In this document: positions 21,440-31,932 of the stretch, piece after piece
Layout: each line of letters opens with the position of its first letter
How positions within the stretch are numbered: position 1 is the first letter of the stretch
Assembly (NCBI GenBank): GCA_963840855.1
Contig: CAWJBB010000041.1
Span: forward strand, 192,001-256,000
Source of the DNA: an uncultured delta proteobacterium
GTDB lineage: Bacteria; Desulfobacterota; Binatia; UBA9968
Length of the DNA stretch: 64,000 bases
Reading direction: 5' to 3'
The notes under the pieces: model-generated
Database searches by the model: none
Told to the model about the DNA's origin: nothing
Seen by the model: the letters and a program-made list of their open reading frames with translations, nothing else
Position numbers and translations under genes: made by a program

Positions 21440-21740
21440 GTGAACTGCCCCGAGTGCCGGACTCAAAATTCAGCCGATGCCGTCTTCTGCGAGAATTGTG
21501 GGTCTCGGCTTGAAGTTGCCCGCACAAGTTGCGGTGGTTCCGGAGAAGTAGTGGTCGGTGCGATCGGCAACGACTTGAAGATGGACTACACTGCGGTCGG
21601 TCAGACCGTGCATTTGGCTTCTCGTATGGAGCAAATGGCGACTCCGGGATCCGTCATGATCACTAAAGACGCACTGCAACTGGCCGAAGGTTTTGTGCAG
21701 GTGAAGTCGCTCGGCCCGATTAGGGTAAAGGGAATGGGAT
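21440..21740 (+). pseudogene. Internally deleted zinc-ribbon adenylate/guanylate cyclase relic
   Basis: CPECRTQN...FCENCG joined directly to SGEVVVGAIGNDLKMDYTAVGQTVHLASRMEQ; truncated at VKG. Confidence 0.7.
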
Positions 21741-21769
21741 GTTGCCTCCAAACAATGTCTGGAGCAGTA

Positions 21770-22777
21770 CTACAGTACGATATTGTTTCTGGGTTCCAAT
21801 GGCGGCGGCAAGTTGGTTTCGCCAAGCATCTCCCGCAAATCTATTTCTGCGGTCCGGCACAGTTGTGAGATCGGGACGTCATTCGCATTCCCTTGAAACG
21901 GGCTTTCGGTGCTCTCTCCGACTCGCTCCAGCGAAGTGTACATCCAGGAAATCAATACACTGAAAGGGATAACCAGCCACACCATGTTTCCCTTGATCAC
22001 CCCCTCAACGCTGTCATTGAGCTTGTCGAATTCCCTGAGCAACCCAAAGGGAAGCAGAAGGCAGAACAATTTGATGAAAAAGGAATTGATAGTGGCATAT
22101 TGCCTTGGATACGGGAAATCCTTGATGCGTTCACATCTGCCTTGTTGCAAGAGGAAATCCTTGATTGCCCTGTGCATGTCGAGGAACTGCGCCACGACAA
22201 TCGCCTGGCTGGCGAAAAGCACTTTTATCGTTTTGCTTTGAAGGCTCATGATCTGGGTTGCCTTGCTGCCCGTGGCAAGAATCTGTTTTAGCTCCGCATC
22301 AGGAAGGTATTTCGCCAGCTCCGTTTCCAATGCCCTTTGCATTTCAGGGATGGAGTAATACTTCAAATACGCTGCGTTGTGTGCCTTGCTTGTGGTTTCC
22401 CATGCCCTGTTCTCCCGCAGTTGATAGCGCAATGCAGTCAACCAGGCGAGGTGGCGATAGACAAGCTCTCTTGATTTTTCGGCATTTTCAAAAAAGTCCC
22501 TGCTCATTATTCCCCAGGCCCAACTGCTGCTTATGATGTCGCCCCATATTTGTCGAGCTTCCCAGGTACGGTTGTAGGTTTGCAGGTTTTTGAAACCAAC
22601 GATAAACGCGGTGGCTGTTCCCAGGAGCGCCACCACCGTCCAGGGAATGCCCAGCCATTTGATGTTCCCGATCTGGTATGCAACAGCAGGTACGACTGCC
22701 AGAACAATCAGGACGTAAATATCCCTTTGTGTCCAATTGAGGAACTCCGAAAGTTTGTATGATTTGCCAGTGTGCAT
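21770..22777 (-). CDS. Bestrophin-family channel
   Basis: FKNLQTYNRTWEARQIWG, CERIKDFPYP, ESPFQGNANDVP. Confidence 0.88.
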   Translation of the reverse strand: MHTGKSYKLSEFLNWTQRDIYVLIVLAVVPAVAYQIGNIKWLGIPWTVVALLGTATAFIVGFKNLQTYNRTWEARQIWGDIISSSWAWGIMSRDFFENAEKSRELVYRHLAWLTALRYQLRENRAWETTSKAHNAAYLKYYSIPEMQRALETELAKYLPDAELKQILATGSKATQIMSLQSKTIKVLFASQAIVVAQFLDMHRAIKDFLLQQGRCERIKDFPYPRQYATINSFFIKLFCLLLPFGLLREFDKLNDSVEGVIKGNMVWLVIPFSVLISWMYTSLERVGESTESPFQGNANDVPISQLCRTAEIDLREMLGETNLPPPLEPRNNIVL

Positions 22778-23100
22778 GGTTGCTTGTCCTTACTACAGTG
22801 GGCATCAAACGACCTGCAGGTCGCGCATGTTCTGCCTCGGGATGGGTGGTGATCCCCGCAAAATGAGGCCGTCCCGCCTGTGCTTGTTTTATCCCCGAAC
22901 CTGGGGCAGAACATACACCTTCCATTGTCGAAGAAAAAGCAAGCGAACCTCGAAATAGCTCGTTTCTTTGAATGTGCTTTGAATGAACCATCTGTTGCTA
23001 TCTGCGGTAGTCGGGAAAATGGAGTGAGAGCGCAGCGACTGAAAACAGTTGAATTCATTCAGTTGGTGACCGATGGTGACACATAGCCCCGCTACGGCAA

Positions 23101-23124
23101 GAGGACTGAAAATCCTCGTGTCGG
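23101..23124 (+). other. tRNA-Phe(GAA) anticodon-arm fragment (probable att scar)
   Basis: GAGGA-CTGAAAA-TCCTC-GTGTCGG; no D or T arm. Confidence 0.7.
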
Positions 23125-23449
23125 GAGCGCGCGATTTGACACACTCAAGCCGACTAAGGTTGACCTAAGACCACCTTATCTGATACTTTCCGCCGAAAAC
23201 GGCCATCGGAGGGCTCGTTCGCTCTTCGAGTTTGTTGGCTGCTCGGGTTTTCCCGAAGGTGGCTAAGCCACTGGTCGTGGGGCAATACGAGGCGTGCAAA
23301 TCTGGGCGAGGCGCCACATTTGTCAATTCTTCGCCGGGAGCCTAGCCAAATGGCTCGAAAAGGCATGCCGTTTTATTAACGAAATTTTGACGCAGATGAA
23401 CGAATCAGTTTCATAAGCGCGTGGAACGAATGGGCTGAAGGAGCGCATC

Positions 23450-24376
23450 TTGAACCGGATCGGCGGTACGGTTACGCGTATCTTCAAGCGACTACGTCGG
23501 CGTAGCCGTCAAAGGCAGATGATGAGTAATTTGGAGGAATTGGACCAGCTTGGCTATACGATCGTACGCTACCAGCTTTCGCGCGCGACGTGTAAGACTA
23601 TTGTAGACGAATTTAGTCATTGGATAGATCGGAATTCGGATGTAACGGCAAAGTATCGAGATCAGGATGGGCATTTTCCGCGTATCATCAATGCGCACGA
23701 AGCTGTCTCTTTGCTAGCAAATGCGTGGGAAAGTTGCGACGCGGCGCTTGTTGTCGTAGACGGATTTTTCCATGAAAGAACATCACTCTATACAACCTTG
23801 TATTATGAACGCGGGTCGGCACAGGCATTACATCGTGACACGCCGCTGTTTTGGACAAATCCCCCTTATAAATATTGCGGTATGTGGATCGCTTTTGAGG
23901 ACGCTGATGCGGACAACGGGCCCTTGGTTGTCGTGCCTGGCTCCCACAACCTTCCGGAGATGGATCGGAACGGGATTGCGAATAGATTTTATGGAAAACG
24001 CGCTCACGACATTCCGGATTATTCCCACGATCTGTGGCTTGCATATCAGGCGGACGTAAACCGCATGGCGAGAGAATTCGGGCTCACCGAAACGGAAATC
24101 CACGTGCAAGCCGGTGACGTTATTATTTGGCACCCGCAATTGCTCCACGGAGGAGCGCAGATCCGCGACTCGGTGCGCACTCGGCATAGTTTGGTATGCC
24201 ATGTGACGCCGGAAAATGTGCCGGTGTTTCACCATGACTATTTCTTTAACCTCGATCGTCGGATGCCGGAGCGTCCTCGCTGGCAATATCGCTATGTGGG
24301 GGGTCGAACAGTCGCTGCCCACGGCCATGTTTCATTTGGTCATGACGAACACATTCCTGCAAAGAAACTGCGTTAA
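23450..24376 (+). CDS. Phytanoyl-CoA dioxygenase (PhyH) family Fe/2OG oxygenase
   Basis: QALHRD, WIAFED...[25 protein letters not shown]. Confidence 0.85.
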   Translation: MNRIGGTVTRIFKRLRRRSRQRQMMSNLEELDQLGYTIVRYQLSRATCKTIVDEFSHWIDRNSDVTAKYRDQDGHFPRIINAHEAVSLLANAWESCDAALVVVDGFFHERTSLYTTLYYERGSAQALHRDTPLFWTNPPYKYCGMWIAFEDADADNGPLVVVPGSHNLPEMDRNGIANRFYGKRAHDIPDYSHDLWLAYQADVNRMAREFGLTETEIHVQAGDVIIWHPQLLHGGAQIRDSVRTRHSLVCHVTPENVPVFHHDYFFNLDRRMPERPRWQYRYVGGRTVAAHGHVSFGHDEHIPAKKLR

Positions 24377-24903
24377 GTGCGCAGGGATCGAGATGTGCGG
24401 TTAGATCAGCCTATCAGTTCCCTTAACCCTAAATTGGTTACAATTAGCTAATTGGATATCTGAATTAAGAAAGGAACCACCTCTAGCTTTCCAGTTTTCC
24501 GGAGTGACTTTTTCTTGCAGAACCCTCAGCACAAGCAACAGTGTCATGGAATTCACGGGCCAGCGCGTCCATCTTCCTGCCGATCAACTCTTTCACTTAG
24601 TCGCGGATACCGAAAAACGTAGCGCGGAGCACCTGCATGGTCCCTAGAGGTAGCACTAAATACTGTCTTAAGTGTATGCAACCTCCAACGTTCGTGTCTG
24701 CTACTCCATACGTTTTGGGATGCCACCCAGGCTTCATGTGACCACCAAAAAAAATTCTCTCACGCCTCATTCTCGACTGTAACTTGGTCACCTCTTAAAG
24801 CCGTTGCATTCGCACAACCGAGAATCTGGACTACGAATTGCTTGTATCATCGGCTCGACCCGCAACAATAGGTCTTCGAAGTCACCCAGCGAGAAAGGGA
24901 AAC

Positions 24904-26361
24904 ATGCGTTCTAATCGTAACCGTTGCTATACCATCTTCCTCTGCACACTGATTCTCAGACTGTTAGGCGGGCATCATGAGACCCGTGCCGACTCACTGA
25001 GTATCAACACGCCGGAGAGGGTCAAATCAGCAAGAGCGCCGGCCCTTTCAACCGAGGCGTCAAGGTCCGACCACACGCATGGTGATTTCCTTGGAGCGTT
25101 TAGTGTGTTGGATTATGGCGCGGCGGGCGATGGTGTGGCCGACGACACGGCTGAAATACAGGCGGCGATTGACGCCGTTGAGGCAGCCGGTGGTGGTGTA
25201 GTGTATTTTCCTCGGGGCACATATCTAATCACGGCTGGCTTAGTTGTCGATCAGCAAAGGGTATCGCTAAGAGGCGCGGGCATAGGCGAAACGATTCTCA
25301 AAGGCAGCGGGACGATATCGCCGTTTAACGCCATCACGTTCCAGGGCACCGGCTTAGGCTCCGCGCTTGGGCCGCTGACTAGCAATTTTACCAGAGGCAC
25401 CAAGGTTGTGGCGCCGACAAGCGTATCGGGTGTTGCGGTCGGCGAACTTCTCTACCTTGACGCAACGGTTACGGTCCCCGCAGGCCAAAGCGCCACCAAC
25501 GCCCTAATTGCCGAAGTAACGGGCATTGCATCCCTAAACGTGACGCTTGAGGTACCCGCACCCATTACAATGAAGACGGGCGATACGCATAACGTCAAGG
25601 AATGGACGCCGCTCTATGCGCCGGGCTTAGCGGACTTGACAATCGACATGGGCGCGGCCACCGGGGCTGTGCGCCGGGGAGTTGTGATTAACGATGTGCG
25701 CAATGGGCGATTCGAGCACTTAGAGATTTTGAACTGTCCTGAATCGGGCCTCCAGTCATTCCGGGGATATCAGAATCACTACGAGGACATCAAGCTAAGG
25801 AAGTGCGGAAGTGCCTACGAATCGGATTTTCAGATAGCCTTCGAAACACATTCCCATTTCGAGGGCATCCAGTCGATCAACGCCACCGGTTTTGGCCCGC
25901 AATGGATAGCGTGCAGCTATTCGAGCGGGCATCGCATAGTCAGCACGGGGGCCAATGGCCGCGGGATCAAGTTTCACGGCCTTCTTGAGTCCAACTTTGA
26001 AACCCTAGTCGGCCTTAACTCCGCTTCAACTGGAATTGCCATCACGCTCAGGACTCAACATAACGACTTCACAAACCTCGTTGCCATGCAAAACACCGCT
26101 GGCTCGGGTAACGACAATGGCTTGTGGTTTAGCGGGCAGTCCAACATTGGGAATTATTTCTTCGGGGTTAAGCTCACCACCAATGGGAACTTCGATATTC
26201 AAACCAACTCAACCGACACGGATAATGTGATCGAGGGGGTTCAATTCGATTCGTTTAATAAGATTTCCAACCGCGGCGGGCCTACCAACATAATCATCGG
26301 CAGCCCTGCAGGGTCGGGCTTCTACGGCTTTGTGACACAAGATGATGAGAAACGTGAATGA
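24904..26361 (+). CDS. Right-handed beta-helix protein (pectate lyase 3 / tailspike-like)
   Basis: SVLDYGAAGDGVADDTAEIQAAID..GGGVVYFPRGTYLIT; Asn/Gly-rich PbH1-like repeats; hydrophobic N-terminus. Confidence 0.8.
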   Translation: MRSNRNRCYTIFLCTLILRLLGGHHETRADSLSINTPERVKSARAPALSTEASRSDHTHGDFLGAFSVLDYGAAGDGVADDTAEIQAAIDAVEAAGGGVVYFPRGTYLITAGLVVDQQRVSLRGAGIGETILKGSGTISPFNAITFQGTGLGSALGPLTSNFTRGTKVVAPTSVSGVAVGELLYLDATVTVPAGQSATNALIAEVTGIASLNVTLEVPAPITMKTGDTHNVKEWTPLYAPGLADLTIDMGAATGAVRRGVVINDVRNGRFEHLEILNCPESGLQSFRGYQNHYEDIKLRKCGSAYESDFQIAFETHSHFEGIQSINATGFGPQWIACSYSSGHRIVSTGANGRGIKFHGLLESNFETLVGLNSASTGIAITLRTQHNDFTNLVAMQNTAGSGNDNGLWFSGQSNIGNYFFGVKLTTNGNFDIQTNSTDTDNVIEGVQFDSFNKISNRGGPTNIIIGSPAGSGFYGFVTQDDEKRE

Positions 26362-26741
26362 GCATAACACTGGCTCTCAGTAAGGAGTCTATGGATGGGG
26401 ACGGCAAAGAAGCGTCTTATTCTTGCTACACCCCCTGTGGCAATTTGTTTCAGTTGACCACGGGAAGAACTAACGAGCTTTGGAACGTCGCAGGCTTAGT
26501 TGCGTTGACGCTTTCCCTCGAACTAACACCCATCCAAGCCGATAACCACATTTCAAGCACCGTCCATTGATCGCCTGCACGGGCATCTTGGTCTTCGGTT
26601 CGGTGACCACGATTCCCAAATAACCATTACACTTGGGACAGGAGCGTTAGAGGTTACTTGGTCACGGGACTATTGAGGTCAGCCTGGACCAGAGTTTCGG
26701 ACTACTAATCTAACGATTCTGAAGAAATCAGATGGCATCAG

Positions 26742-26931
26742 TGGAGACATCATGGAGACATCCATCCATAAGTAATTCAAAAGACAAAAGTTTTTTTTGA
26801 TTACAGGAGTCTCAATCGTGTAACTCACCGCGCAATTTTTTATTGTTGGACATTCGTCTTTGCTCCCGATAAACATTGTGGTACGCTCCAAAAATCGTTT
26901 GAAAGCGCCCTTGGAGACATTTTGGAGACAT
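26742..26931 (+). repeat. Two pairs of TGGAGACAT direct repeats (integrase arm-type-like sites)
   Basis: Copies start at 26742, 26753, 26912 and 26923 (11-bp spacing within each pair). Confidence 0.7.
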
Positions 26932-26982
26932 TCACATCTCGAAGAGTAGGGCAGGGCGCGCAAGTGATCGAAATCCCTAACC

Positions 26983-27081
<99 letters not shown>

Positions 27082-27113
27082 ATAGGTAAAACCGCCGTCC
27101 TAATCATCTCGCT

Positions 27114-27461
27114 TTACTGCCTGTACAGGTATAATCGTTTTTCCTTTAGCCCTCTTTTGTGCGGGAATTGTCCAGGTTCCACGGACAGCTTCATTGACTC
27201 ACGCTTTATTAGGTCGTCAAAGATGCGCCGCCACATATCCAGTATTTCTACTGAGAATTCGCCGCTGGGTCCTGTATGATCCATGAACTCGAGGAATTCT
27301 TCCATTATCTGCTCCGGTGCAATCCCGCGGAGAAGTCGCTTCCTGATTTGTCTCGCAAAGACTATCATCAACACTGCCATCGCCTTGTGTCCCATTACTC
27401 GTTTTCCGCTTAGGTATACGACGACATCTCCGGTATTCAGCGTCGTGATGCGATACTTCAT
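27114..27461 (-). CDS. Hypothetical satellite protein
   Basis: ORF directly after the integrase stop; no recognisable motif. Confidence 0.55.
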   Translation of the reverse strand: MKYRITTLNTGDVVVYLSGKRVMGHKAMAVLMIVFARQIRKRLLRGIAPEQIMEEFLEFMDHTGPSGEFSVEILDMWRRIFDDLIKRESMKLSVEPGQFPHKRGLKEKRLYLYRQ

Positions 27462-27464
27462 TTT

Positions 27465-28506
27465 TCAAGCCTTGCGCTTCATCGGAACAACTTTCCGCTG
27501 ACTCTGTTGCCTGTTGTATGCCTGCGCCTTCTTCATCGCCTCGCGCAAATCCTCTTCGTCGCTGATGTCGTACCGATCGTAAACGCTTCGGGTCCGGTGT
27601 CCTGACAGCTTCATTCCTTCATTCTCCGATACTCCGCCCTTGCGGAAATTCCGAATCGCGGAACGTCGCATATCATGCGGCCATAAATCCGGCTGTCCTA
27701 TCGCCTTGGCCGCCGCCTTGAAAGCCTTCCGGAATGACTTTATCTGCTTTCCCTTGCGGTGAAACACGTAGGGACAAATGATGTCGCGCGCCTTTATGCG
27801 CCGCTCGATGATGTCCCTAAGCGCATCTATCAGCGGTAGGGTCCGCGGTTTCTTGTTCTTGGAATACTGCCCCGGAAGCCTCACGGTCCAGGTGTCCAGG
27901 TCCAGCCAGCTCCATTGCATCGCCTTTGGTTCCGCCGATCGCCATGCGACTTTGATAGAGGAATTCGATGATGTCCCTGACGCCCGGGTCCGGTATCTCT
28001 GCCAGTAAGGCGTTGAATTCAGGGTTGCGAATGAAGCCCTGACGAACGTTATCCTCTGCCAGGTTCTCAACGATAGGGACCGGCAAGCCCAACAGCTTGA
28101 AGCCTAGTTTCAGGTAAGCGGTCTCGCGGTTGATGGTTGCCGGCGCCGCGGCCTCAAGCCGCTTTGTCTGATAGCCCTCTATTGCGTCCTTGTCGATGTC
28201 GACGACGCGATGAAACGGAAAGCCGGCTTCGAGGTTCGGCCAGCAGTATTGGACGTTGATAAACGAACGCTGCCCCTTCTTCTGGTAGCGTAGCCGGATC
28301 TTCTCAAGCATATCGGCCAGGGTATAGCGCTGGTCCTTGGGTTCGACATGCTTCGGTGTCCCTACGGTCTTGAGCCGCTTTAGGAGCAGCTTCCTGGCGG
28401 TGTTCTCGTTGTCCGTTTGCGCTGACTCGCGGTATTCCTTCCCGCGCCAGCTGTAGCGTACCCACCAAGTTTTCCCGCGAAGGTAGATTGAGCCTTGTCC
28501 TCTCAT
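27465..28506 (-). CDS. int: Tyrosine recombinase/integrase (frameshift near 27950)
   Basis: N-terminal GSIYLRGKTWW and APATINRE; catalytic WRSAE, KNKKPR, HDMRR, SGHRT, YDRY. Confidence 0.9.
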
Positions 28507-28525
28507 GGTTTCTCTTTCCTTCCGC

Positions 28526-28990
28526 TCAAAAGTTCATAATCATCGGGTGAGACTTATCGCCAACATCGAATTCTTCGGCGGGTACAATGTCGAACCATTT
28601 GATGTTGCTTGGCTTTAAACGGTAGCTCTTGTCCTTCGGTCCCTTCGCGATGATAAGCCCGCGTGGAGTAAATTTTTCTATTACAAATCCTGTGCCCCGT
28701 GGATAGGATGAATCGCCGGAACTATTCACCACAATACGAGAACCGATCGGCAAGGCTTTGATTTTTTCGAACTTGGCTTGAGCCTTGGCTTCCTGTTCGC
28801 GTTTGAAGATCACATCCCACCGCTCCCGCACGTACTTCTGAATTTCAGAAAGCCCCTCGCGGTCCAGCTTGGCAATCGCTTGCTTCACTTTCGTTATTTG
28901 CTTGACGTTGTTGCCCCTTGCGATTATATTCGAACTGCTTGGTTTTTCGGGCGTCGTTAGCGCGGCGCCCTTTCTATTTTCTAAATCCAT
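28526..28990 (-). CDS. Hypothetical satellite protein (coiled coil plus small beta domain)
   Basis: Co-oriented ORF between the xis-like gene and int; GGAGG-like RBS. Confidence 0.6.
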   Translation of the reverse strand: MDLENRKGAALTTPEKPSSSNIIARGNNVKQITKVKQAIAKLDREGLSEIQKYVRERWDVIFKREQEAKAQAKFEKIKALPIGSRIVVNSSGDSSYPRGTGFVIEKFTPRGLIIAKGPKDKSYRLKPSNIKWFDIVPAEEFDVGDKSHPMIMNF

Positions 28991-29037
28991 AAAAAACCCT
29001 CCATTCTCGCGCCCGGTAAATTTTTCCGCCTACTCCT

Positions 29038-29313
29038 TCACACACTCCCGAACTTCTTTGCCTCTATCCACTTGAGCAAACCTTGATGACTGAACCTCAA
29101 CAACCGCGGTCCCAGCTTCCGGGTAAACGGGAGTTTCTTGGCATGGTGGTATAACCAGTCCTCCGTCACGCCCAGCTTCTTGGCCACCTCGGTCGGGTCA
29201 AGCAGCTTATCCTCCCCGTTGTTGCCGGCCGCCGCCATGGCCTTTTTGACGGCCTCATCTATCAGGGCCTTCAGTTGCTCGGGGGTCGTGATGATGACTT
29301 GCGGTTCACTCAT
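29038..29313 (-). CDS. Excisionase/AlpA-like HTH_17 DNA-binding protein
   Basis: LLDPTEVAKKLGVTEDWLY...LPFTRKLGPRLLRFS. Confidence 0.85.
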   Translation of the reverse strand: MSEPQVIITTPEQLKALIDEAVKKAMAAAGNNGEDKLLDPTEVAKKLGVTEDWLYHHAKKLPFTRKLGPRLLRFSHQGLLKWIEAKKFGSV

Positions 29314-30527
29314 CGGGGGTCTTTACCAACCTTTGAGCCTGGAAATATCCGCACGAAATCATCAACCGCGATGCCGTTTTTTTGGGTCGTTTTTGGGTCC
29401 GTTTTTGGGTCCAAAAATGCTGTATTGGATGATCTGGTCTTGAATGAAAAAAGGTCAAAATCGCCAATACAGCATTCCTCTTTAGATTCCGCGGGGTTAT
29501 CTATGCTTTTGGATTCTGTATTGCTGTATTCAGTAGTATCTGAATACAGCAATACAGAATATTTATAGGGGTCGTTTTTCTTGCCGGAACCTGACTTCTC
29601 AATCAACCTTTTTTCGATGAGCAAATTGACCGCTTTGGAGACTATGTTCCTGCTCTTCTCTAGCGCCTCATGGAGTTCGGTGAGGCCCATTGTGCCGCCC
29701 TTCTTTAACGCCTCGATGATCGGCTCCAAGGTTTCATCGACTTCAACATCCTGGCGAGTCCCGATAGCCTCCAGGCTGCCATCTTCCTGCAGCTCGATGA
29801 CGGTCTCGGGTACGTCCTCGCCATAGCGCTGGATGGTGAAGAAGGTCCGCCGCTTTTCCCGCTTCTTGATCTGGATAGAGGTATCGACGCCGCCCAGGAG
29901 CCCCGTTGAGCCTAAGATGTCATCGCCATCGGCTCGGTCCACTTTGCCGGCATGGTGGGTCAAAAGAATGTGGCAGCCCTGCTTTCGTGCCGCTGACATG
30001 AGCGGCTCGAGGGTATTGGTCACTTGTGCGTAGTCGTTCAGGTCACGGACACGGCAAAACTTCTGCAGAACGTCGATGATGAGCAGTTTCGCTTTTGTCT
30101 CCACGATGAGCGGCTCCACTTCTTTGAGCGCGTTCAGGGGTGCAGAACCGAAATGAAACCTTATCGGCTCATCGGTTATCCCGGCGCCTTGAAGCTTCTT
30201 TTTAATTTCGCCCTTTTTCTCTTCCAAGGCGAGGTAGACAACCGGCCCCTGCATGGTGGCATGGTTGAGAAATTCCGCCCCCTTTGCGACTGCCACGGCC
30301 AAGTTAAACGCCAGTGTGGTCTTGCCTACCTTCGGCTTGGCGACAAGCAGGCTCATTCCGCCGGCGGGAAGGATGCCTTCCAATGTCCATGATGTCTCGG
30401 CATCTTCTGAAGCTAAAACGTCCTTTGCCGATATCAGAGTGAAATGATGCGCCGCGGCATTGTTGCCGTTACCGGCACGCTGCTTTAACTCCGCCTCGAC
30501 TTCGGCCGTAAATTGCGCCGTGCTCAT
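29310..30527 (-). CDS. RepA/DnaB-like AAA_25 helicase with C-terminal winged helix
   Basis: Walker A AKPKVGKT; YLALEE; Walker B LLIIDVL; LTHHAGK; GSTGL. Confidence 0.88.
   Translation of the reverse strand: MSTAQFTAEVEAELKQRAGNGNNAAAHHFTLISAKDVLASEDAETSWTLEGILPAGGMSLLVAKPKVGKTTLAFNLAVAVAKGAEFLNHATMQGPVVYLALEEKKGEIKKKLQGAGITDEPIRFHFGSAPLNALKEVEPLIVETKAKLLIIDVLQKFCRVRDLNDYAQVTNTLEPLMSAARKQGCHILLTHHAGKVDRADGDDILGSTGLLGGVDTSIQIKKREKRRTFFTIQRYGEDVPETVIELQEDGSLEAIGTRQDVEVDETLEPIIEALKKGGTMGLTELHEALEKSRNIVSKAVNLLIEKRLIEKSGSGKKNDPYKYSVLLYSDTTEYSNTESKSIDNPAESKEECCIGDFDLFSFKTRSSNTAFLDPKTDPKTTQKNGIAVDDFVRIFPGSKVGKDPR
29376..29560. repeat. Iteron/inverted-repeat cluster (putative satellite origin)
   Basis: Perfect 21-bp inverted repeat 29513-29533/29540-29560; perfect 13-bp inverted repeat 29416-29428/29464-29476; three TTTTTGGGTC copies. 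Confidence 0.7.
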
Positions 30528-31111
30528 CCCAGTTCCGCCAAGTCCAGCAGCCGTTCGATATCGATCCGTTGCCGGTAAAGCTCCACAACAAGGTTCGGGT
30601 TATTGATGTCATCGTCCAAGTCTTCCAAAATTGCCCATTGCCGCACCAGCTCCGCCTCAACGGTGCATATAAATTCCTTGTCCGTGTCCGGTTGCTTTCG
30701 AGCGACGGAACAGATGTGAATCTCCGCGCCAATCTCGCGCATTACAGAGCAAATTCTCGCTGACACTTGCCGCGCCCAACCTACGATTTTTTCGGCTTCG
30801 GCTCGGTGCGGTCTCGGCTTTGGCTTGAAGGTATCGAGTTGAAGGCGCGCGCATGCCTCTTTGAAAGTGATGTTTTCGATCAACTCCACAAAGTCGATAA
30901 CGTCGCCGGATTCCTGGCAACCAAAGCAGTAAAATAAACCCTTTTCCTCGCTGACAAAGAACGACGGTGTTTTGTCGGCATGGAATGGACAACGGCCGCT
31001 CAATTCCTTGCCGGCCCGGCGGAGTTCGAGGTAATTTTCGACCACTGCGACAATCGAAGGCTTGCAAAGCGGAGCAGTATTCGCATATGGTGCAACTGTC
31101 ATTTGGGTCAT
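30524..31111 (-). CDS. CHC2 zinc-finger (DnaG N-terminal type) protein
   Basis: GRCPFHADKTPSF...FYCFGCQESGDVIDF; no TOPRIM domain visible. Confidence 0.88.
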   Translation of the reverse strand: MTQMTVAPYANTAPLCKPSIVAVVENYLELRRAGKELSGRCPFHADKTPSFFVSEEKGLFYCFGCQESGDVIDFVELIENITFKEACARLQLDTFKPKPRPHRAEAEKIVGWARQVSARICSVMREIGAEIHICSVARKQPDTDKEFICTVEAELVRQWAILEDLDDDINNPNLVVELYRQRIDIERLLDLAELG

Positions 31112-31165
31112 GCCTTCCTTCTGGGTGGCAGCGTGGTGCAACCGCTGCCACCTTTTTTTTTCACT

Positions 31166-31819
31166 TTAATTCCGCGGCTTGGCGGCAAGGCTGCGCTCAC
31201 TAGATTCCGCGCCGGCAGTAGCAAACAGGGCTTCCTCGATTCGCGGCGCCGCCGGCTGGTCCGGCCGGATGATCTTTCCGTTCTTGTTCCTCCGCCAGGT
31301 TCGCATCGCGCCTCGACACAGATTTGTCATGAAATCCACAAGCAGTTCGGGATTCTGCCACACCTGTTTAGACTCTCGTTCAATTTTTTCCCCGTAAAGC
31401 TTAATGAGAGCTGACTGCCTTGTGGTGATCCAGTACATTACTGGAACAACAAAAAACTCCTTACCCTCGAATGCATCGGAAAGTCGATTAATCATCCGGT
31501 TAAAATCGTCGAAATTCTCCAGCGTGATATTTTCGACCGCGTCGTAAACTTTTAGTCCGAGTTCGCGGACGATTCGAATTTGGTCAAGCGTAAGCCCCGT
31601 CTGTTTGAACAGTTCCCGATTCGTGTGGAGCTCAGCCGCGGTTTCCGGCGCATATTCTGTCTTAACCCCGCGGCCACGCCTGCCGGCGGTCTGGGGAATT
31701 AAATTTCGTTGCGCGCCATAGATGAGATTGCTCTTCGATGCTTTCCAGTCCGTCCCGAGCTTTTTTAACTGTCTTTGAATTTCCGGCCGTTGTAGTAATG
31801 GTAAGTTTAAGTTTTTCAT
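31166..31819 (-). CDS. Hypothetical protein, possible MerR-like HTH regulator
   Basis: NLIP...GRGVKTEYAPE resembles a MerR-type wing; divergent from the HTH gene. Confidence 0.55.
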   Translation of the reverse strand: MKNLNLPLLQRPEIQRQLKKLGTDWKASKSNLIYGAQRNLIPQTAGRRGRGVKTEYAPETAAELHTNRELFKQTGLTLDQIRIVRELGLKVYDAVENITLENFDDFNRMINRLSDAFEGKEFFVVPVMYWITTRQSALIKLYGEKIERESKQVWQNPELLVDFMTNLCRGAMRTWRRNKNGKIIRPDQPAAPRIEEALFATAGAESSERSLAAKPRN

Positions 31820-31932
31820 TTTCTCTGTCCCTCTTTTATGCCTAGTGCTCACTATGCATTTATGTTAAGATATTGTCAAGAGCCCGAAGGTCGCTTTTGC
31901 CGCCGGCAACGGTTTGTGATATAAACCGAACC

